A stretch of DNA of 63,884 bases, filler included, from Octopus bimaculoides (taxonomy: Eukaryota), in assembly GCF_001194135.2 (NCBI RefSeq). It is 6 parts of 5 records of this genome, joined end to end, with 100 filler letters (N's around TTAATTAATTAA, not from the genome) between each part and the next. Parts side by side here need not be neighbours in the genome. Positions count along the whole stretch, not along the records: positions 49,307 to 52,243 come from NC_068982.1; positions 52,344 to 56,511 come from NC_068986.1; positions 56,612 to 61,507 come from NC_069000.1; positions 61,608 to 63,884 come from NC_069005.1; 2 more parts are not named here. One strand, given 5' to 3'. Each line of letters starts with the position of its first letter. The stretch's first letter is position 1. The notes beneath the pieces were generated by a model. It worked only from the letters and a program-made list of their open reading frames with translations. It searched no databases and was not told the DNA's origin. A program made the position numbers and the translations under genes. Positions 51,166-62,890 of the stretch are shown here, in pieces.

Positions 51166-51674
51166 AATTATCATTCAATAACACGTTCCTAATAATATCC
51201 TATCCTTGCCAAGCATACATAAAGCTACACACACTTTCGCACACGCGCTATCACGCACCTACACAAAACACAAACTAATGTACAGAAGCACACACATGCA
51301 CATGCATATGCTCTTATGAGCCTTTTCTTTCTTCAATCCGTCATTCTACTATAAAGTCCCCAGTTCATCGGATTTAGTTCTTTACGTTCTATATCTCCTT
51401 GCTGAAGTAATGCCAGTCTATTTCTCTCCCGACATCACTACTCTGCTTCCATCCCTTACATTGTCTCACACTAACCACAACCGATATCGTTATCTCACTA
51501 GAATATATTCTCTTTAGTAATCTATCCTGCTCATATATTCCCGTTGTTCAGGATGACCAGCTACTCCACATCCCGTTCAAATTACACCTTTGTGCGTATC
51601 AACTTTCTCCTGACTTCAACATTTAAATACAGAGATACACACACGTACACACACGTACACAAAGACTCACAAAC

Positions 51675-51764
<90 letters not shown>

Positions 51765-52056
51765 ACGTCTGCATGTGTGCATGTATGTATGTATGTATGC
51801 ATTGATGCCTCGAAGGATGTCTAGTGTATGCGAGTGCTACTGTTTGAACACATGCTTGCACATATTTTGTTGTCCACCCACCCATACGCCCATCCATCCA
51901 TCCATCCATCAATGTATCTATCAATCTATCTAGTCTATCTGTCTCTCTATCTATCTGTCTCTCTATCTATCTGTCTGTCTGTATATATGTCTGTCTGTAT
52001 GTATGTCTGTCTATCGATCTATATATAAATCAATCAATCTAGCTATCAATCGATCG

Positions 52057-52110
<54 letters not shown>

Positions 52111-52243
52111 TTATCTATCTATATATCTATCTAGCTATCTATTTATTTATCTGAGTATCTATTTATATATCTATACAAATACATACATATATGTATGTGT
52201 GCATGTGTATATATATGTGTATGTAGTATATATATATATATAT

Positions 52244-52343
52244 NNNNNNNNNNNNNNNNNNNNNNNNNNNNNNNNNNNNNNNNNNNNTTAATTAATTAAN
52301 NNNNNNNNNNNNNNNNNNNNNNNNNNNNNNNNNNNNNNNNNNN
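52244..52343. other. Artificial 100-bp scaffold-joining spacer
   Basis: N44-TTAATTAATTAA-N44. Confidence 0.97.
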
Positions 52344-53077
52344 ATAAATATATACATACATACATATACATATATATGAATTGATGTATTCTGTTCGAGT
52401 CTTCTGGGAGAAAGTTTAAACCATATAATCAATCCGCTGCTTCTCGTATTTGAAAGTAAACGAATACCAAAGTACAAAACTCCGTTTAAATACACGAACT
52501 AAAAAATACTGAAGCTCCACCAAAGCAAAACAAACCCACAACGCCATCAGAAACGAAAACAGAAGAGGAAACTGTAAACACATCATTTCTGAAGCATTTA
52601 AGACCCTTTCACATAAATATATTCAATCATAACCTATTGTTTATTGTAAGTTCGAAAGTGAAATCTGAGGTATACAGTAGATTTCAGTGGGAGACATACC
52701 TTATATAGAATGCTTTCGCTGTTTCCACTGTTTGTTCGGTTGCCAATGTGTGTGTGTTTGTGTGTGTAAGTCATTCTGTGTTTACGTGTGTGTGTGTGTG
52801 CATCTATGTTTGCTGGCGCGCGAGTGCTTATCTGTGCGCGCAAGTGTCTGTTTCTATGTGTGCGTGTATGTTTATATGTATGTGCTATTGTGCGTCTTTG
52901 TTTGTATGCGTGTGCGTTTGTGCGTGTGTCTATTTGCGCTCCTATCAAACCAGATTCGCCTGAGAAAGACTTTTTCTTTTCTCTCTCTTTACTTCTCCAA
53001 TGTTGTTGCTATGAAGCAGTACTTATGTGTTTCAATGAATATATACATGTTAGTATTGGTGCTATTGCAATAGTAAA

Positions 53078-53117
<40 letters not shown>

Positions 53118-53313
53118 GTCTCCTTCTCTTTCTCTCTCTCTCAACCAATCAGAAAAATGCATTCATGTATGTACACATACGTGCATAAACCCTCTTTCCC
53201 TTCTACCTGAAAAAAGACACACATACAAACAAACGCACATAAACATACTCATACGCGTGTATATATATGTATATATATGTATATATGCATATATGTATAT
53301 ATGCATATATGTA

Positions 53314-53358
<45 letters not shown>

Positions 53359-53881
53359 NNNNNNNNNNNNNNNNNNNNNNNNNNNNNNNNNNNNNNNNNN
53401 NNNNNNNNNNNNNNNNNNNNNNNNNNNNNNNNNNNNNNNNNNNNNNNNNNNNNNNNNNNNNNNNNNNNNNNNNNNNNNNNNNNNNNNNNNNNNNNNNNNN
53501 NNNNNNNNNNNNNNNNNNNNNNNNNNNNNNNNNNNNNNNNNNNNNNNNNNNNNNNNNNNNNNNNNNNNNNNNNNNNNNNNNNNNNNNNNNNNNNNNNNNN
53601 NNNNNNNNNNNNNNNNNNNNNNNNNNNNNNNNNNNNNNNNNNNNNNNNNNNNNNNNNNNNNNNNNNNNNNNNNNNNNNNNNNNNNNNNNNNNNNNNNNNN
53701 NNNNNNNNNNNNNNNNNNNNNNNNNNNNNNNNNNNNNNNNNNNNNNNNNNNNNNNNNNNNNNNNNNNNNNNNNNNNNNNNNNNNNNNNNNNNNNNNNNNN
53801 NNNNNNNNNNNNNNNNNNNNNNNNNNNNNNNNNNNNNNNNNNNNNNNNNNNNNNNNNNNNNNNNNNNNNNNNNNNNNNNNN

Positions 53882-53989
53882 GTAGCTCGAAACGTCAAAG
53901 ACTTTCCGTATTCCCGAGCGTCATACTAATATATACTTTTGTTATTTACACCACCTGTCCTCGTCTGTTGTTATTATTTGTATATTCTC

Positions 53990-53995
<6 letters not shown>
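53882..53995 (+). mobile_element. Second copy of the short hammerhead-like/(TA)n element (5' part lost in the gap)
   Basis: gtagctcgaaacgtcaaagactttccgtattcccgagcgtcatactaata is identical to 61630 onward; both copies end ttctcccatatata(TA)n. Confidence 0.85.
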
Positions 53996-54029
<34 letters not shown>

Positions 54030-54099
54030 CTCTTTAAATTGATTCAGCTCTAGAGCGGTTTTACATGCTAATAATTTAATAATATCAGCTTGGCTGGTC

Positions 54100-54480
54100 T
54101 TAGCTCGCATGAACAAACGATTAGTTTGTGAATTCTATAGATAGGAGCTGGTTCTTGTGCAGCTGCAGATTTCGGACATGTCTGTTACTGAAAAGGCACA
54201 GCCATGCCAAAACTTGGTGTGTGAGAGTCCGCTAACCACACTGGAAAAATATATTGTGTATACACATTGTCTAAAAGGAAAAGTTGTTCCCCGAAAACTA
54301 AATCCAACAAGTGAGCTGGGCTTATGTTCAAGTCTGGTGAAACGTTTTGAGGAGGAATATACATATTTTCGTTCTTTTCTCGGCTCATAGTAACTGAAGA
54401 GAACCTATTATGCTCAGAAGTAAGCGACAGGAAGTATCTCTGATTGACGAGTGGAGCACTATCTCCTTTAGCAATCATGA
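54100..54480 (-). mobile_element. Possible L1/Tx1-like C-terminal (zinc knuckle) remnant
   Basis: Broken minus frame CIHNIFFQC...W resembles the H.F..C...W motif; weak. Confidence 0.28.
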
Positions 54481-54584
54481 GACTGAATATTTAGCCACTA
54501 ACAGCTACAGCCATAGCGCAGAAACAATTGTTGTATTCTGTTGATTAAAGCCTGTTTATTTCATCTGCTTTTATAGACAGGCGC

Positions 54585-54821
54585 GCGCACACACACACGG
54601 GGACGTAAACACACCAGCATCGGTTGTCAAGCGATGTTGAGGGGACAAACACAGACACACATATATATATATACATATACATATGCATATACGACGGGCT
54701 TCTTTCAGTTTCCGTCTACCAGATCCACTCACAAGGCTTTGGTTGGCCTGAGGCTATAGTAGAAGACACTTGCCCAAGGGACTGAACCCGGAACCATGTG
54801 GTTGGTAAGCGAGCTACTTAC
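54585..54821 (-). mobile_element. tRNA-derived SINE (same family as 7809) with internal microsatellite
   Basis: acgacgggcttctttcagtttccgtctacca..atccactcacaaggctttgg..ctatagtagaagacacttgcccaagg..actgaacccggaaccatgtggttgg. Confidence 0.9.
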
Positions 54822-55253
54822 NNNNNNNNNNNNNNNNNNNNNNNNNNNNNNNNNNNNNNNNNNNNNNNNNNNNNNNNNNNNNNNNNNNNNNNNNNNNNNN
54901 NNNNNNNNNNNNNNNNNNNNNNNNNNNNNNNNNNNNNNNNNNNNNNNNNNNNNNNNNNNNNNNNNNNNNNNNNNNNNNNNNNNNNNNNNNNNNNNNNNNN
55001 NNNNNNNNNNNNNNNNNNNNNNNNNNNNNNNNNNNNNNNNNNNNNNNNNNNNNNNNNNNNNNNNNNNNNNNNNNNNNNNNNNNNNNNNNNNNNNNNNNNN
55101 NNNNNNNNNNNNNNNNNNNNNNNNNNNNNNNNNNNNNNNNNNNNNNNNNNNNNNNNNNNNNNNNNNNNNNNNNNNNNNNNNNNNNNNNNNNNNNNNNNNN
55201 NNNNNNNNNNNNNNNNNNNNNNNNNNNNNNNNNNNNNNNNNNNNNNNNNNNNN

Positions 55254-55348
55254 TGTTGTTGTTATTGTTGTTGTTGTTGTTGTTATTGTTATTATTATTA
55301 TTATTATTATTATTAATATTATTATTATTAAGCTTATTATTATTATTA

Positions 55349-55397
<49 letters not shown>

Positions 55398-55414
55398 CAT
55401 TATTATTATCATCA

Positions 55415-55499
<85 letters not shown>

Positions 55500-55515
55500 C
55501 ATCATCATCATTATT
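55254..55515. repeat. (GTT)n/(ATT)n/(ATC)n trinucleotide tract (similar tracts at 56340-56505 and 58060-58205)
   Basis: Direct reading of the sequence. Confidence 0.97.
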
Positions 55516-56377
55516 ATTTCAAATCCCTCGCTTCCGAAAAAACTATTTCGTTTTCTTCTCCTTGTCTATACGTCATTGTCTCTCTCTGTCTTGTTTTCTC
55601 AATAGAATCGCGGTGAACAATGCCACTATCTTCCATATATCACCAGTATCCATAGCATTATTTCATATAGACGTTTAGTCACGTCTATTCGTTTTATGAA
55701 ATGTTCCCACAAATAAAAGATAGGTGGCAGCACAAACAATATATTTTTTATCAATTCTATATTAATCTCGCTACCATTACATTTTTTTTCCCGAACGCCG
55801 TTATCTCTATTTGAACCCCTTTTTTTTTTACAGGCAAACATCATCTTAGTATTTACGTATACATACATATACAATTACAGATGTTCAAGTTCATATATAT
55901 ATATTTGTATGTATGTATGAGATATTTACGTCACTAGAGCGACTGCGGGCGCTATCCAGCACCAGCATTGCTAGAAATAACAGTCAAGACAATACATGAG
56001 TTGTTTTGTTTGACTCTTATTTCCAGCAATACTGGTGCTGAAAAACGATCTCAGTCACTTTAGTAACGTATATATTTTCGGTTGAAAAATTGCTAACAGC
56101 CACCCTTATTATTTCTATGTATATATCTGTGTGTGTGTATATATATATATATATNNNNNNNNNNTGAACCCGGAACCATGTGGTTGGTAAGCGAGCTACT
56201 TACCACACAGCCTCCATAAAGATTTTGACCTTCCTTCATTATTCTGATTTGGCTCGTACCATATTTCTTGTAACACATTCGAACTCGTTATATTGTATGC
56301 ATGAATAGATCTTTGTGCCAACGATTAAGACGAAGCCGTCATCATCATCATCATCATCATCACTACTACTACTACTA

Positions 56378-56417
<40 letters not shown>

Positions 56418-56511
56418 CATTATTATCATAAGTGTTGTTGTTATTGTTGTTGTTGTTGTTGTTATTGTCATTATTATTATTATTATTATTAATATTATTA
56501 TTATTAAGCTT

Positions 56512-56611
56512 NNNNNNNNNNNNNNNNNNNNNNNNNNNNNNNNNNNNNNNNNNNNTTAATTAATTAANNNNNNNNNNNNNNNNNNNNNNNNNNNNNNNNN
56601 NNNNNNNNNNN
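56512..56611. other. Artificial 100-bp scaffold-joining spacer
   Basis: N44-TTAATTAATTAA-N44. Confidence 0.97.
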
Positions 56612-56754
56612 GCTTGTGCAGGAAACCATAGTCGATTCCGTGGGTGTATGGTTTCAAGACAGAAACTTAAAGGTATCACCAGGAAGAGCACCACCAGGAG
56701 TAGATCCTGCGACTTAATTTGACACAACACGGGAAAACTTACCCGAACCGGACA
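56612..56754 (+). pseudogene. Diverged 18S rRNA fragment (conserved core region)
   Basis: gaaacttaaagg..gg.ag.gcaccaccaggagt.ga.cctgcg.cttaatttgac.caacacggga.a.ct.accc..ccggaca follows the universal eukaryotic SSU rRNA sequence with scattered substitutions. Confidence 0.9.
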
Positions 56755-56982
56755 TTCCACAGACACATGTACCCTCAGTGTAGTTCTCAGAGGTTCAGCG
56801 TGACACAGAATATGACAAGGCTGGCCCTTTGAATTACAGGTACAACTCATTTATGCCAGCTGGGTGGAATGGAGCAATATGAAATAAAGTGTCTTGCTCA
56901 AGGAAACAACGCGTTGCCGGGAATTGAACTGACGACCTTACGATCGTGAGTCGAATGCCCTAACTACTAAGCCACACGCCTT
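56755..56982 (-). mobile_element. tRNA-derived SINE, 3'-truncated at the rRNA fragment
   Basis: Reverse complement ggcgtgtggcttagtagttagggcattcg...gttcaattcccgg...ttgagcaagacactttatttc (box A, box B, CORE-like segment). Confidence 0.88.
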
Positions 56983-57675
56983 CAGATACATACATATACA
57001 CGCATACAAACACGAACTGCTGCAAAGACAGTCGTCGGTCAACGATCGGTGGAGGATATACATGCTGTTCGATCGAATTACCCCCAACACGCTCTATTCG
57101 CTAATAGGATTGTATCGTCTTACTTAAAATGGAAATTATTAATTACGAAAAGCGACTGCTCACTATAATAATCATCTAAAAATTAGCGCGATTAATTTTC
57201 ACTTTTCATTATCATTCTCGTAACCGAATACATCTTCTAATTCTACTTCTGTCACACGGAAAAATAGAAAGCGTCATTCATCCATTCATTCATTCATTTC
57301 TTCTCCTTCCGACCCCCCCCCTCCACACACACACAACCCCTCCAGGTCCCCCTCCTCCTCACCACCATCATCATCCTCCTCATCATCATCATCAGTCGTA
57401 ACACCACCTCCACCACACCAACGCACTTTATGATCTTTTGCATACTTCTACCCCACCCACCCTACCATTCTCCCCTTTTATTTGTTCCTTGTCAGTTGTC
57501 CATTAAAACTGCTTTTCACGTGAGCCCCTGACACGTTCAATCTCACCTGGTCACTCTAGACAAGCCGCTGAAACTATTAATCATTCAAACAGACAGTCCA
57601 TACCGTGTCCATCGCCCACCACTAAAACCATTGTCCAAGTCACGGATGCTGTTATTCTGGTGTTGTTTTGTAATC

Positions 57676-57756
57676 GTAATGGTGGTGTTGCAGGACTGTA
57701 ATGGTGGTGTTGCAGGACTGTAATGGTGGTGTTGCAGGACTGTAATGGTGGTGTTG
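57676..57756. repeat. 22-bp minisatellite, 3.7 copies
   Basis: gtaatggtggtgttgcaggact perfect at 57676, 57698 and 57720, partial at 57742; a related degenerate GTGTTGTAAT-rich tract lies at about 58520-58920. Confidence 0.96.
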
Positions 57757-58066
57757 TGACATAGCAATGGTAGTCCTATAACTCCTGAGTTATGCATATA
57801 CACCCATTGCCTTTTTTTTTCTATCTTCGATCGCATTGTTTACATAGGCGTATTCGTATATGAAACGTCTTAATTTTCAGTGTTGGTTCTAAATTCTATC
57901 GAGAATCTGTAGAGATAACTTAAAAGTGATGACATCGCATTGCTAGTACAAAAAAAAATTACGACAAAATATTTTGTCTTATAAACATTTAATTGATTTA
58001 TAAACCTTCTAATTCACCTGTTACATGGAATGAATAAATTCTCATTCATTCATTCTTCTTCTTCTT

Positions 58067-58132
<66 letters not shown>

Positions 58133-58154
58133 GTTATTATTATTATTATTATTA

Positions 58155-58194
<40 letters not shown>

Positions 58195-59334
58195 CATCAT
58201 CATCATCCTCATCCTCCGTCATCATTGTCGTCATCATCATTTTCTTATTCATCTTTGCTTCTTCTTGTTTTTTCTCCTCTTCTTCTTTGTTCTTGTTTCG
58301 CTTTTTGGTCTTCTTTGTTATTTTTCTTATATGTATTGCTATTGTTTTTTTGTTTGTTATTATTGTTATTATCTTTATTATCATTATCATTATCGCTGCT
58401 CTTATTTTCTCTTCTTCTGCCCCCACTTTTAATCTTAATCATATTCTGGTATTCCTACCACCAATTAACAATCGTGTTGTGTCTTGAGGTATTGTAAGGA
58501 AACATGTTGGAATGTGGCGTTATTGTAACGCTGGAGTTATGGTTCTATAACTGATGTGCTGTAATGTTGTATTGCAGTGATATGATAGCAGCGTTGTGGT
58601 ATTACACTTCTGTGCTTCCGTAATGTTGTAATAACGGAACTGAAGCGTTGTGACATCAGTGATGATCACATCGTGGTGACTGGGGGCGGTGTGTTGCTGG
58701 TATTCTAATTGTGGTTTTGCAGTGTTGCGTGTTGTCGCGTTGTCATGATTGTTATGGTATTGTAAGTAATGGCCGCGTTGTGGGTTTGTAATGATGATTT
58801 TGTGTTGTATTATCCTAATGGTAGTGCTGTGGTCTTGTCGATTTCTAATGACCGAGTTGTAGCATTGTGGGGACAATATTTCTTCTGTCATCGTAATGGA
58901 GGAGTTGTGATATATCAAAAGGATGTGTCATAATATTATTCCACATATACAAAAACAGCCATACCAAAACAATCCAACATGCCTCCATCAACAGCCGCTC
59001 CACGGATATCATTATGGTTTCGACACATGGGCAGTACCATTCACTCCAGCGGTGTCAACAGCACTAAAGATTATAATCGGTGGGATTAAATCGGGTCGTA
59101 GTTCAAATTTAATATACGAGGGGGCCGTGGATTTGAACTCAGGACCTCAAAAATCAAAAGCAATAATGTTTGGTCAGGCATTCTTACACTTCTACCAATC
59201 CCTCGTCTCGGAATAGGACGTTTCCATCGATGCCAAGGGAATAAAATACACAGCTGTCCTCGTTGGCACTTGAACTTAGAACGCAAAAAAAAACCCGAAC
59301 AAATACCGTAAGGAATTTTTAATCCGCCATTATT

Positions 59335-59480
59335 ACAGTACCAAGCTAGTCTGGTACTTTTCATCGACTCAGAACGAATAAAACAGTACAACTAATCGTG
59401 GCGGAATTCGAACTCAAGACGCAGGGAGGTGAAACAAATACAGCAAGAGAACTTTATCCGGTGCTGTAACGACTCGGGCT
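59335..59480 (-). mobile_element. Diverged tRNA-derived SINE (third family)
   Basis: ctggtacttttcatcgac..gtggcggaattcgaactc; homologous to the copy at 50990. Confidence 0.6.
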
Positions 59481-60084
59481 TCGTCGCGTTTGTAGTAATC
59501 GTTATTTATTTTTGAGAAATCCTATTGTACGTATCTTTTTGTATCCATTGCTAGTTCTATGCAATTTCTAAAGTGTTGCTTCCTTGTTCAAAAGCTGCAG
59601 CTAAAGAAATTAACAATATGTTTGCATGACTCGCTAAATTTCCAATTAGTTAGCATTTCACACAATTCTTTTACAGGAATTCTATATCTTTAAATGGACG
59701 TCGTTCACTGAACTGACGCCATGTTTTCTGCAGATATTTATTATGTATTTATCTATCTATTTTGTCTTTAAAATATTCAGTCAAATTCTACTTTCTAACA
59801 CTTAAGCTGACACGCATTTGTACGAAAGCCGCTGTGGTCGTTCTGAGAAGCCCAAGTTATAGGTTCTTTGCACTTGTCACGGTTACTATCGCAAAGTTAA
59901 TGCTATCGGGTTTAGACAAAAGGCTACAACTGATATAAAGAAACAATGAACGAAGGAGATAAAGCAGGAATAAGATGACGAAGGAATTTAAGAATGAATG
60001 AAGATTATTATGAAAGAATACGTAAATGAAAGCTTGGATAAATGAGAGGATGAATGTGAAAATTAAAGAATGCGAATTAGACAG

Positions 60085-60291
60085 AAAGAGAGAGAGAAGG
60101 GGGAGAGAGATGGATATACAGAGATAGGCTGATAAATAAATAGATAGATAGAGAGATAGAGAGAGGGAGAGAGCAAAATAAAGAAAGAAAAATAGAAAGA
60201 AACAGAGGTAGATAGATAGATAGATATATAGAGAGAGAGAGATAGAGAGAGAAAGAGAGAGAGAAATAGATAGATAGATAGATATATATAG

Positions 60292-60349
<58 letters not shown>

Positions 60350-60350
60350 G
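60085..60350. repeat. (GA)/(GATA)n compound microsatellite; CT-rich mirror tract at 60790-61135
   Basis: Direct reading of the sequence. Confidence 0.95.
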
Positions 60351-61463
60351 TAGATTAAAAGAAAGAGAAAGGATATTAATTATGATACGAATTAATCAAG
60401 TGATTATTCAATTAAGAAAGAAATTAATCAAAATGATGGATAAATTACGCAATTATGTAACTATCGCATTTATTTTCTACTTCACAGATGTGTTTTATGA
60501 ACCGAGCTTTGGAAAATGTGATAAACGAAAATTCAAGGATCGCCAAAAGAATCCGGTAGGTTTTATCAAAATCTAATAAATCATCATAAAAAAAAATATG
60601 AAAAAAAAAAAAAAATACAGCTCAGCCAATGCAAACGTCTCCGTTTATGTACACCTGAGTAAATAAGATTTCAGAGAGTCTGTTTTCCATTTTAGTCTTT
60701 GACTGAAACCATTTTCGTTGGTTTTGATGTGTTAATACAAGAATCAACGCTCAGCCATTGAAAATACACGCAAATTGGTTCAGTTCGTTTGCTACTCCCT
60801 CTCCCCCTCCCTTTCCATCACACCCTCTCTCTCACTCTCTTTTCCTCCCTCTCTTTCTCTCATCCTCTTCGTGTTTCTCTCCCTCTTTCTTAACGCATTA
60901 TTTCTTTCTCTCCTACACCTTGTCACTCTTTCTCTCTTGCCATCTTTCTCTTCTACTATCTTTCTTTCTACATTTTATTTCTTTCTTTCATTCACTCTCT
61001 CTTTCTCTCATTCTCTCATTCTCTCCCCGCTTCTCTCTCACAACCTCTGATTCTCTCTTACTCTCTCTCTCTCTCTCTCTCTCCCTCTCTCTCTCACTTG
61101 CATTCTTTGTGTATGGCTCTCTCTCTCTCTCTAGTCTTGTAGCCATCGGGTATTTAAATTTCGTTACTGCATGTTTGAGAATTGTATTTCTCGTTTATCT
61201 GTCCGAAGATGTGTTTCCATACGCATGCTACTCTTGTGAGGTGCATCTACAGATTCCATTTATTCTGTGACATCAGGTGTTATCGCATACCGAAACGTAT
61301 GTAAACGAAGATCAGGCCCAATTTCCTTTTTTACTCTCATTGTAGATGTACGCTTTGTATTACGTTGTTGCCCGTCACAGGCGACGGAGAACCTCATTCG
61401 GTGTGATTAATTCGATTGATAATAATAGCCAAAACCATGAATGCTAGGTGTATCAGATCATGC

Positions 61464-61507
<44 letters not shown>

Positions 61508-61607
61508 NNNNNNNNNNNNNNNNNNNNNNNNNNNNNNNNNNNNNNNNNNNNTTAATTAATTAANNNNNNNNNNNNNNNNNNNNNNNNNNNNNNNNNNNNN
61601 NNNNNNN
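61508..61607. other. Artificial 100-bp scaffold-joining spacer
   Basis: N44-TTAATTAATTAA-N44. Confidence 0.97.
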
Positions 61608-61612
61608 CGTAT

Positions 61613-61649
61613 TCTTTCTGTTGAAGAGTGTAGCTCGAAACGTCAAAGA
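61613..61649 (+). ncRNA. Minimal type I hammerhead-ribozyme-like motif with variant core, within a short repeat (61608-61745)
   Basis: Stem I TCTTT (61613-17) / AAAGA (61645-49); core CTGTTGA (61618-24; canonical CUGANGA); an extra A; stem II GAG/CTC with a 5-nt loop; GAAA; palindromic ACGT stem III; GUC cleavage triplet ending at 61644. Confidence 0.62.
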
Positions 61650-62719
61650 CTTTCCGTATTCCCGAGCGTCATACTAATACATCCTTTTGTTGTTTACACC
61701 ACCTGTCCTCGTCTGTTGTTTTTTTGTACATTCTCCCATATATATATATATATATATATGCATACACAAGAATTGATAATAGAATAGAGTTTGTATTCTT
61801 TCGCTTGTGTTATCTGTTGCCTCTCTTTCTCTCTCCCCAATTCAACATGGCAGCTTAATGTCACTTAGGTCTTATAGGCTTCATCGCAAGTCAGACCTGA
61901 AGGGCAGCAGGTAATGGCTACCTTAGAGACAGCTCTCCAGTCCAGTGACACTTCCCCTTGGTGTACAGAACGTGCAGACAGTTAAATGGAAGCCAGTCAG
62001 AGGGTTAAGATTGGAGAATTGTCCACTGTCTCAGTTGAGGTGAAACTAACTTCTAGTTAGAAACGACAATAGGGGGTAAATAAGGTTTGTAGGTTTGATA
62101 TTTTCCTCATCTTTGAAAGATAAAAGGAAGGAGTGGAGAGAAAGAAAGAAATGGATGTTGCAGAGAAAAACAGGAAGAAAACGGAATATTGTAGCAAATA
62201 TCTTGATATCTTTGTTTTACAATAATCGACCCTTGAAACATGTCTAAAACGACAAGACAACGCTGGACAAAGAAACATACAAACAAAAACCATGAAAAAT
62301 AACTTTCCTATGAGTGAAAATTTTTAGGACATGAGTGGAAAAGACGAACATGTGAAGAAATATTTAGGAAAGTAAACGACAAAAGAAACAAATGATAACA
62401 GGACTAAAGACTAGGTATTTGTAAACAAACAGAGACCATCTAAATTTAGGCCATCAAATGACCATGTGTGAGTGAATAAGGGGACAACACTAGAAATTCG
62501 ATTGACCATTTGATCACACAATATGGGATGCAAAGATGACATTACATATGTATTACGGAGAGCGATTAATTCTTTTGGGTTCCTCGCAACCCCAGTAAAA
62601 AAAAGGCAAGACTATTTTGGAAGAATTGACTTGAATATTACTGGTTCTTATTGATTCGACTCCAGCTTTGGCAAAATATTTGAGCTTGGAGAATATGAGC
62701 CTGTAAAAATAATCCAACT

Positions 62720-62890
62720 ATATGGGGGAAGGAAGCTTGTTGATTACATCAACTCCAGTGCTCACCTGGTCCGCATTTCAACGACCCAGAAGGATGAAAG
62801 GCAACGTTGACCTTGCCGGAATTTGAACACAGAACGTAAAGCTGGAAGGAATGTTAATAAGCGTTTCATCCGACTTACTAATCACCTTAA
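62720..62890 (-). mobile_element. Diverged tRNA-derived SINE (third family)
   Basis: gattacatcaactccagtg..ggatgaaaggcaacgttgaccttgccggaatttgaacacagaacgtaaag. Confidence 0.72.

Noticed and set aside
54783-56203. Identical 39-nt SINE segment at 54783-54821 and 56165-56203
   Set aside because: Both abut gaps and derive from a high-copy SINE; most simply read misplacement or two young copies, not a direct-repeat structure.
57300-57360. C-rich tract that could form a minus-strand G-quadruplex
   Set aside because: Only three separate G-runs with long loops, inside low-complexity DNA; no contextual support.
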